Made by a program: the position numbers and the translations under genes. The notes under the pieces are model-generated. The model saw nothing but the letters and a program-made list of their open reading frames with translations, ran no database searches and was not told the DNA's origin. Source: Armatimonadota bacterium (GTDB lineage: Bacteria > Armatimonadota > Armatimonadia > Armatimonadales > Armatimonadaceae). From it: a stretch of 14,283 bases of DNA. Where the stretch lies: the NCBI GenBank assembly GCA_043754515.1, contig JAYUUO010000092.1, positions 1-14,283 on the forward strand. Reading direction: 5' to 3'. This document shows positions 8,145 to 14,283 of the stretch, piece by piece; the stretch's first letter is position 1; every line of letters begins with the position of its first letter.

Positions 8145-8283
8145 CTGCTTTTACCCCCAACAGTCGTAACACGGTAGACGCGCGATGTATGCAGTCGAGC
8201 GTAGTGCCTTTGCTTACAGTCAAGCCGGGGCGGTAGTCCACGTCCTCCCGTATTGCCCGAAGAAAGCTTAAGCAGTCATTCAA
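8131..8283 (-). pseudogene. Truncated HEPN-domain gene (C-terminal ~50 aa only)
   Basis: Not in the ORF track. It translates as LNDCLSFLRAIREDVDYRPGLTVSKGTTLDCIHRASTVLRLLGVKADESK*, with an R-x4-Y (R..ADY-like) motif followed by an amphipathic helix as in HEPN C-termini. An in-frame TAG lies just upstream. Confidence 0.6.
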
Positions 8284-8286
8284 ACT

Positions 8287-8295
8287 ATTCTATCA
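8287..8295 (-). promoter_or_regulatory. Extended -10 promoter (TGnTAGAAT) for the HEPN-remnant/partner unit
   Basis: Minus strand reads TGATAGAAT just downstream of the arc terminator, with an ATG 7 nt later (8277-8279). Confidence 0.5.
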
Positions 8296-8308
8296 TCCCT
8301 GCCCCCGG

Positions 8309-8350
8309 CAAAAGAGAAGCCCGGTTGCGATTCGTTCGCAACCGGGCTTC
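8309..8350 (-). terminator. Rho-independent terminator of arc
   Basis: Perfect 15-bp stem 8316-8330/8336-8350 (GAAGCCCGGTTGCGA) with a 5-nt loop, followed on the minus strand by TCTTTT. It starts 20 nt after the arc stop. Confidence 0.88.
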
Positions 8351-8370
8351 CCCCATTCCGCGACCGGGAA

Positions 8371-10146
8371 CTAGATCACCCCGGTCGGAGCCTTCGCCGA
8401 ACCCTGCCCGCGCGTCGCGTCGCGGATCGGCTTCACGTTCACCACGTTCTCCGGTGCCTGATCCAGGAGCAGGAGCCAGTCTTCCACCGCGTCCGATTTC
8501 GGGAAGATCTCGTTCTCCTTGAACTCCATTGTCACCGCCTTCTTCAGGTCGGCTTCGGTGATACCGGGGTTCTCGAAGTCCTTCGCCTCGATAGCCCGCT
8601 TGATCGCGAAGTCCTTCGCCCGCTCCACCAGCGATGACAATAACGCGCCTGACACCAGGTCCTTCCAGTACAGCCGCTCCGTGCCGCCGTTGCGCTGGAA
8701 GACGTCCAGGAACTCCGTATCGCCGTCCTTGCGCCATATATAGGCGATAGTCGCGTCCACGAGCGACTGCGCGGTGCGTGCCCGGTCGCCGTCATGCTTT
8801 GCCAGTTCCTCGCCCGCTAGCGGCAGATCCTCGTTCACGTAGATCGCCAGAATCTCGCGCGCCGCCTTGCGGTCGGGCCGCTTGACCCGCACGCGCCGGT
8901 CAATACGCTCCGGTCGCAGGATCGCCGGGTCAATGTAGTCCGGTCGGTTCGAGGTCAGCATGACCACGATGTTCTCGGACGACACCAGACCGTCCATCTC
9001 GGCGCAGAACTGCGGCACAACCGTGTTGGAAATGTTCGTGAACCGCCCGCTGTTTCGGGTGCGTAAGATGCTCTCCGCCTCATCAATGAAGATGAAAACG
9101 AGGTAGCCGTCCTTCGCCTTCTCCCGCGCCGTCGAGAAGATCTCGCGCACCTGCCGCTCGGACTCGCCCAGCCACATGTTCAGGATCTTCGGCCCGTTGA
9201 TATACATGAAGTACTCCTTCACGTTCTCGCCGGTGCGCTCGTTGTACTCCTTGGTCAGGTTATACGCGGTCGCCTTGCCGATAAGAGTCTTGCCGCATCC
9301 CGGTGGGCCGTACAGCAGGATGCCCTTGAGCGGCCGCTTACCGAACTTCTCGTACAACTCGGGGTACACCAGTGGCAGTTCGATGGCGTCCCGAATTACC
9401 GAGATAACCTCTTCCTGCCCGCCGATCTTGCTCCACGGGATCGGCTTGATCTCTTCCAGGAAGTACTCACGGTTCTCCTTCGCGCCGAAATGCTCCAGGG
9501 CGAGTTTGAACGACGGGTCCATTCGCACTTCGTCGCCGGTCTTGAGCGGCGACGTTTCCAGCTTCTTGGCCCGCGAAACGATGCGCGAGTTCATGCCTTG
9601 CGAGTCCATCGAAACGCGCAATCGGCCGTTGTCGAGGACTTCGGCGATCTTGACCAGCGGCCCGGCGGGGTGCGGCCCCATGCCCTTGACCACGGCGTAC
9701 GCCTCGTTCACGCGGACGCGGTCGCCCGGCTCGATCGGGTTGTTCGCGCGGTCGTACTTCGGGTCAACATTCGAGATGAACTCGGTGTCGCCCAGCGCGA
9801 TTTGCACCACATCCTCGCCGTCAATATCGCCCATGAACGTTGCGATCCGGTTCGCGGGGGCGGTCAGTTTGTTGTACGCTTCGTCGTACTCCGCGATCAC
9901 CTTCTGCGCTTCCTGCATCTGTCGTTCGTCCACCTCTATCTGGTGGCGCAGGAGTAGCAGGTACTGGTATTTCTGGTCGCTCGGCGGCGTCATGGTCAGC
10001 AGTTCGTCCACAACGGCGACGGAGCGGATGGACGTCTCGTACAGGGGACGGTCTTCGTCCTCCAAGCTACGCGGCGTTTCCGCCTCGGCGGCGGTACGGG
10101 TGCGTGTCGCTCGTGTGTTCTCTCGGTCGTTATCTCGTCGTGCCAT
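8371..10146 (-). CDS. arc: Proteasome-associated AAA+ ATPase, ARC/Mpa family
   Basis: N-terminal coiled coil and tandem OB-like interdomain, Walker A GILLYGPPGCGKT, pore loop ILNMWLGESER, Walker B FIFIDEAES and SRH SNRPDYIDPAILRPERID. ARC-specific C-terminal motifs LYWKDLVSGA...VERAK and EFKENEIFP are present. Confidence 0.92.
   Translation of the reverse strand: MARRDNDRENTRATRTRTAAEAETPRSLEDEDRPLYETSIRSVAVVDELLTMTPPSDQKYQYLLLLRHQIEVDERQMQEAQKVIAEYDEAYNKLTAPANRIATFMGDIDGEDVVQIALGDTEFISNVDPKYDRANNPIEPGDRVRVNEAYAVVKGMGPHPAGPLVKIAEVLDNGRLRVSMDSQGMNSRIVSRAKKLETSPLKTGDEVRMDPSFKLALEHFGAKENREYFLEEIKPIPWSKIGGQEEVISVIRDAIELPLVYPELYEKFGKRPLKGILLYGPPGCGKTLIGKATAYNLTKEYNERTGENVKEYFMYINGPKILNMWLGESERQVREIFSTAREKAKDGYLVFIFIDEAESILRTRNSGRFTNISNTVVPQFCAEMDGLVSSENIVVMLTSNRPDYIDPAILRPERIDRRVRVKRPDRKAAREILAIYVNEDLPLAGEELAKHDGDRARTAQSLVDATIAYIWRKDGDTEFLDVFQRNGGTERLYWKDLVSGALLSSLVERAKDFAIKRAIEAKDFENPGITEADLKKAVTMEFKENEIFPKSDAVEDWLLLLDQAPENVVNVKPIRDATRGQGSAKAPTGVI
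8416..8442. repeat. Direct repeat, first copy (inside the arc 3' end)
   Basis: Identical to 7777-7803. Confidence 0.95.
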
Positions 10147-10186
10147 AATAGGTTTGGATACTCGTTTCTATATGTGTCTCTAACGT

Positions 10187-10212
10187 AACAGGTCGGAAAG
10201 AAAGCCGGTTCC
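10187..10212 (-). promoter_or_regulatory. Candidate ECF (SigH/SigR-like) promoter for arc
   Basis: Minus strand reads GGAAC-N18-GTT, 40 nt upstream of the arc ATG. A separate TATAAT lies at 10287-10292 (-), overlapping TATTAT at 10286-10291 (+), which faces the luxC-like gene. Confidence 0.4.
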
Positions 10213-10338
10213 CGCCGTGCGCGGGGGCGGGCGTCGGCATACGAACGTTTTACACGGATAGGGGGTCGTCGGTTCCCAGTGACGGTATTATATCGCCGGG
10301 GGCGGTGACTGACGCCTGGTAAGGAGAGCAGATCGGGT

Positions 10339-11502
10339 ATGAGTTTCAACACAGACGCGGCGCGAACGGCGGTGGCACTAGCGCGGGTCGCCGAGATCTG
10401 GCGGGCGCGTCTCGATGACGGATGGATGCCGCCGGACGGGTCAGCGTTCCCATGGGCGCAGGTTCGGCTGTCGCTCGCCGCGCTGTTACCGGGGATGGCG
10501 GGGGCCGGGGGGTGGGGGCATGACGCGACCGACGCACGCCTTGCTGTAACCCTAATCCTGGCAGGAAACACCCCGCTGCTCGCCTGGTCGCCGCTCGTTG
10601 CCTGTCTCCTCGCGGGCGCGTCCCCCATCCGCGTCAAGCTGTCGCGCGACGAGAGCGTCTGGACGCGGCTGTTCGTGGAGTCCCTGCGCGACGCCGATCC
10701 CGGACTCGCCGCTCGCATCTCTCTTCACGACTTCCCCGGCGAGGACGAACGCACCTATGCCCTGCTCGCGGACGCGGACGCGGTGATCGTGTATGGCTCC
10801 GACGTCGCCATCGCCGCGCTACGGGTGCGGACGCCGCCTGGCGTTCCGTTCTTCGGCTACGGACACGCGGTGAGTCTGGGCCTGCTTACCGATTTCGGGC
10901 GGCATGGCACGGCGGCGCGTGGCTTCGCGCGGGACGTACTGATGTATAACCAGCAAGGCTGTCTATCGCCGCACATCATCTACGGGCTTGATGTCGAGCA
11001 CTTCGGCACGGCGACGCTACCCGCTGCTCTTGCAAAGCAGGCGAAGGCGTGGGATCTTTCGCCCGTAACGGACGCGGCGAGCGCGCGGGCCGTGCGCGAG
11101 GCGCGTGATACCGCGCTGTTCGCGGGGCATCACGTCGAGGGGGACTCCACCCTGCGCTGGACAGTGATCACGACCACGAACGCGGTTCCCTTTCCCGCGC
11201 CCGTTGGCGGTTGTGTGATTTACGTGTCGCCGTTAACCGACCATCGCGACGCGTCCGAGCGCGAAACGATGCCGCTACTTCAATCGCTACTGGAGCCAGT
11301 CAAAGGAATTGTCTCGTGCGTGGGGGTGAGCGGGCGCATGTCCGACGTATCCCCGTTCTGCTGGCGGTCGTCGCTCCTCGCGGCAGGGATGTCGCGCTTC
11401 TGCAAGCCGGGCGAGATGCAGACGCCGCCGCTCGACTGGCAAAACGGCGGGCGCGACCTGCTCGCGGAACTGCGGTCGGTTCAGCGGCGGCGACGGAGTT
11501 GA
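10339..11502 (+). CDS. Acyl-CoA reductase, LuxC family (aldehyde dehydrogenase fold)
   Basis: ILAGNTP, VKLSRDE, ADAVIVYGSD, FFGYGHAVS, DVLMYNQQGCLSPH (catalytic Cys) and RFCKPGEMQTPPLDWQNGG. AAGGAG RBS upstream. Confidence 0.88.
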   Translation: MSFNTDAARTAVALARVAEIWRARLDDGWMPPDGSAFPWAQVRLSLAALLPGMAGAGGWGHDATDARLAVTLILAGNTPLLAWSPLVACLLAGASPIRVKLSRDESVWTRLFVESLRDADPGLAARISLHDFPGEDERTYALLADADAVIVYGSDVAIAALRVRTPPGVPFFGYGHAVSLGLLTDFGRHGTAARGFARDVLMYNQQGCLSPHIIYGLDVEHFGTATLPAALAKQAKAWDLSPVTDAASARAVREARDTALFAGHHVEGDSTLRWTVITTTNAVPFPAPVGGCVIYVSPLTDHRDASERETMPLLQSLLEPVKGIVSCVGVSGRMSDVSPFCWRSSLLAAGMSRFCKPGEMQTPPLDWQNGGRDLLAELRSVQRRRRS

Positions 11503-11818
11503 GCGGGTTGCCTTCAGTCGAATTCATCTAGCGATGACGACGATTCGCATGCTCATCGGGCGAACGGCAAGCCATCCGCCCCGTACCAGATCAGCGGGGT
11601 GCGTTCACCACTCGGAACAAGTAAAACCGCAAGCCATTTAGCGGCGTTCGGTACGCCAGCGATAAAGGGACGGGTAGCCAACGTTGCCTGACTACAATCT
11701 CGAAACGCCTCCTGGCTCAAGCGCGGAAATAAAAACGGAGTCGCCCGGGTCAGGCCAACGATCGAGATCAACACCGACGGCAAGCGTTACATCGGGAACG
11801 CAAACACACAAACGAACT

Positions 11819-12928
11819 ATGACCTTTACCGAGCCGAGACGGCTGGCGGCGTTCCGACGCCACGCCGGGGCCCCCGACATTCACTTTACCAGCACTGCGT
11901 TTAGCCCCGACGGCGGGCGGATCGCGTTCGCGTTCGACAGCCGTCGGGGTTCCGCCATCGGAATCATGAACAGCGATGGCGGTCATTTGACGCGCCTCAC
12001 ACTCCCGGGTCTTACGAAGTCAAGGAGACCGCGCGACGACGCGTATTACGACCTGTGGTTTACGCCTGATGGGGCACATATTGTTTATGCCCTCTCCGAA
12101 AGCGACGGGGAGAAGTCAAGTATCTGCCGCGTTGACGTTGCCACCGCGGAACAAACACGGGTGACAGACGCCGCCCTGCACCACATGATGCGCCCCACAC
12201 TCAGTCCAGACGGTCAGCAGATCGTGTGCGAATTGTGTCGGAAGGGCGGCACGAACCTCTGCCGGATCGCCGCTAACGGCGGAGAGATGACGCATCTGAC
12301 GCACACTTATCACGAACAAACCGGCGACCCGGAATCTCACATCCGGGTGGGGAATCAATCGCCCTGTTACAGCCCTGACGGGACACAGATCGCGTTCGTC
12401 TCGTCCGACTACGACGGGCAGGCACAGCATCCGTTTCAGGTTTGTGTGATGCGCGCCGATGGGACAGGGATAACACGCCTGACCGATTTGCCGGATGACT
12501 GTGCCGCCCCCGTCTGGCACCCCGACGGGAAACGGATCGCCTTCACAGCGCACGCGGAACTAGACGCCTGCGTCAAGCGGTCGAAGTGGCGGTACCGGCT
12601 TAACCTCCACCTCGTGGATACAGACGGCTCGGGCTCTCGCCGCCTAGAGGACAGCAACAGTGTCAACCGCATCGGCAGCTTTAGCCCCGACGGACGACAT
12701 ATCGTCTACTGTTCCTCGTGTGATGAGCGGTTCGAGGAGGGCAGGAGGAATTGGGACATCCGCGTTTTAGAGGTGGCAACGGGTGTCATCCATAAAGTCA
12801 CTGACGACGATCTTTATGACCACGATCCCAGGTTCAGCCCCGATGGGCTTTCCATCGTGTTCGTCTCCGAGCGCGATGGCTTCGTGGGTCTGTTTCGGTC
12901 GGATGTCAGTGACGACGCGGGCGGCTGA
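11819..12928 (+). CDS. TolB-like PD40/WD40 beta-propeller protein (start uncertain, possibly frameshifted)
   Basis: Seven PD40-type repeats: FSPDG, FTPDG, LSPDG, YSPDG, WHPDG, FSPDG, FSPDG. No signal peptide and no SD before ATG 11819. A further repeat-like segment lies in another frame just upstream (see findings). Confidence 0.8.
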   Translation: MTFTEPRRLAAFRRHAGAPDIHFTSTAFSPDGGRIAFAFDSRRGSAIGIMNSDGGHLTRLTLPGLTKSRRPRDDAYYDLWFTPDGAHIVYALSESDGEKSSICRVDVATAEQTRVTDAALHHMMRPTLSPDGQQIVCELCRKGGTNLCRIAANGGEMTHLTHTYHEQTGDPESHIRVGNQSPCYSPDGTQIAFVSSDYDGQAQHPFQVCVMRADGTGITRLTDLPDDCAAPVWHPDGKRIAFTAHAELDACVKRSKWRYRLNLHLVDTDGSGSRRLEDSNSVNRIGSFSPDGRHIVYCSSCDERFEEGRRNWDIRVLEVATGVIHKVTDDDLYDHDPRFSPDGLSIVFVSERDGFVGLFRSDVSDDAGG

Positions 12929-12970
12929 GCGAAAAACGTGACCAGCGACCATGAAACTCGTGAGGCATAT

Positions 12971-13402
12971 ATGAAGAATCGCGGCGACCGGTTGCTCAAG
13001 AAGGCGCGAATAAATCAGGACCTCGTGGATGCCGCTATCCGGAATTATAACCGCAATCAGTCAGGACTTCGCGAGGGCGGCACTTACATCCCGCGTATCC
13101 ACGACCGGGCTGATCTGCCGAAGAGGGGATACTACCGGATCGGGCGCATCCTGCGTGGGGAGGGGCGGGAACACGCCCGCGTTTACAAATGCGGCGAGTC
13201 CGAGTGCGAGTGGTGTGTCGAAAATCTGATATACAAAAATAACCGGCTAATAGAAGCGGCGTACGCGGACGAATCGGCTTGGGCGGCGGGCGAGCACAAC
13301 GCGACAACTATGGATGTGCTTTGGGAGGACGAAAAACGGCGACGAATCGTGTTCGCCGAAGTGCTTACACTGCTTTCCGGGTTGTCCCAAGTCGTCGAAT
13401 GA
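12971..13402 (+). CDS. Hypothetical protein (~143 aa) with a C-x4-C-x2-C motif
   Basis: ATG 12971 has GAGG 5 nt upstream (alternative start GTG 12938). Contains CGESECEWC. No family recognised with confidence. Confidence 0.65.
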   Translation: MKNRGDRLLKKARINQDLVDAAIRNYNRNQSGLREGGTYIPRIHDRADLPKRGYYRIGRILRGEGREHARVYKCGESECEWCVENLIYKNNRLIEAAYADESAWAAGEHNATTMDVLWEDEKRRRIVFAEVLTLLSGLSQVVE

Positions 13403-13535
13403 GAACGCTACGCGGAGTGCGTCCTGCCCACGCGGTATTTCTGTAGGAGCAAGTGGTCGGATGCGAGCCAACAGAAATCAAACCGTCGCGGTTGCGGCAT
13501 GGTTAGCGCGGGCGGTGGCACATAACGAGAATAGG

Positions 13536-14105
13536 TCAGCCCCCCGCGTCAAGCCGACGCCGCGCCTGCCGCTTGTAACGGGTTTCCGGCATCCAACTCC
13601 ATACTTCCTCAGCCAGAGCGGGATCCCCCCCGGCGATGGTCTGGACGATCTCCCGCATCGCGCGTCCTGCCCGCCACGAGTTCGCCGTTTCGCACGCCCG
13701 GAGTAGCAGTGCGAAAACCGGCTGGCGAAGCGAAGACACTACGCGAATCGCGTTCCAGAGCGAGAAAAGAGCCTCCACCTGGCTCGGCGGCGGCGTGATG
13801 TTGGGGACGTTCGCGAGAACGGTCAACAGGTGCGGCTTCAGCAACTCGGTCGCGCCGCGCTCGATCAACGCGCGGGCGATCCACGCGACGACGCTAACCT
13901 GGCGGTAGGCGTCCTTGCACTCCCGCGCCGCCGCGAATGCTTCCTTGCATAAGGTCGGTAGCGCGCCCTCGGGCGCGTGCCGCGCGACGGCGGTGAGAGC
14001 CTGAGATCGGTACCATGGGTTCTGAATGCGACGCGCCCCGGAAAGGGCTTCCGAATAGTCAATCGCCGCCCGTGAAGCCCGCCCCCGGTCGTTCGCGTTA
14101 CTCAT
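13536..14105 (-). CDS. Hypothetical alpha-helical repeat protein (~189 aa)
   Basis: Repeated helical-hairpin-like units ARRIQNPWYRSQALTAVAR, ARECKDAYRQVSVVAWIAR and NITPPPSQVEALFSLW. Start set at ATG 14105 because the longer ORF runs into the tRNA and its terminator. Confidence 0.72.
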   Translation of the reverse strand: MSNANDRGRASRAAIDYSEALSGARRIQNPWYRSQALTAVARHAPEGALPTLCKEAFAAARECKDAYRQVSVVAWIARALIERGATELLKPHLLTVLANVPNITPPPSQVEALFSLWNAIRVVSSLRQPVFALLLRACETANSWRAGRAMREIVQTIAGGDPALAEEVWSWMPETRYKRQARRRLDAGG

Positions 14106-14135
14106 ACTGCTGTATCGCTTCTGGTGATGATGACA

Positions 14136-14174
14136 AACGAAAAGACCGCGTGGAGTACAACGTACTCCGCGCGG
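14136..14174 (-). terminator. Terminator downstream of tRNA-Asn
   Basis: 13-position stem 14146-14158/14162-14174 with one mismatch, followed on the minus strand by TCTTTTCGTTT. There is also a T run on the plus side, so it may be bidirectional. Confidence 0.75.
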
Positions 14175-14192
14175 CGCTTTTACATAAACAAG

Positions 14193-14264
14193 CTCCCCGT
14201 GGTGGATTCGAACCACCGACACCTCAGTTAACAGCCGAGTGCTCTGCCGCTGAGCTAACAGGGA
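14193..14264 (-). tRNA. tRNA-Asn (anticodon GTT), CCA not encoded
   Basis: Acceptor stem TCCCTGT/ACGGGGA, D arm GCTC/GAGC, anticodon arm CTCGG-CTGTTAA-CTGAG, T arm GGTGG-TTCGAAT-CCACC, discriminator G. The U1-A72 pair is typical of bacterial tRNA-Asn. Confidence 0.97.
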
Positions 14265-14283
14265 ACGGCTTTTGTGTCGCTAA

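Noticed and set aside
13437..13526. Integron attC-like site (GCTAAC...GTTGGC, GTTATGTGC) between convergent genes
   Set aside because: It is only about 43 nt between the putative R boxes, has no L-box pairing, no integrase and no cassette array. The ATTTCTGT/ACAGAAAT inverted repeat is more simply a weak terminator-like hairpin.
14106..14222. N-terminal extension of the 228-aa ORF
   Set aside because: It overlaps tRNA-Asn and its terminator. ATG 14105 is the plausible start.

Overview
GC-rich bacterial chromosome window. The gene set suggests Armatimonadota or a similar lineage; this is inference only. In order it holds: a DegP/HtrA protease (-), a small single-TM protein with a terminator (+), an SRAP/YedK abasic-site protein (+) and a fused sugar-binding-protein/ABC-permease gene (-). 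Next come GC-rich palindromic repeats, a PD-(D/E)XK-like gene broken by one in-frame TGA (+), a Uma2 endonuclease (-), an 85-aa protein preceded by a truncated HEPN-like remnant (-) and an ARC/Mpa-type proteasomal AAA+ ATPase (-). The right part holds a LuxC-like acyl-CoA reductase (+), a PD40/TolB-like beta-propeller that appears frameshifted near its 5' end (+), two hypothetical proteins and tRNA-Asn(GTT) (-). The most striking hidden structure is a perfect 27-bp duplication of the arc 3' coding end. It brackets a ~640-bp HEPN/partner islet, and the downstream copy runs into an alternative, frameshifted ARC-like C-terminus, suggesting cargo insertion with exchange of the ATPase tail. All protein family calls come from motif recognition by eye, without database searches.
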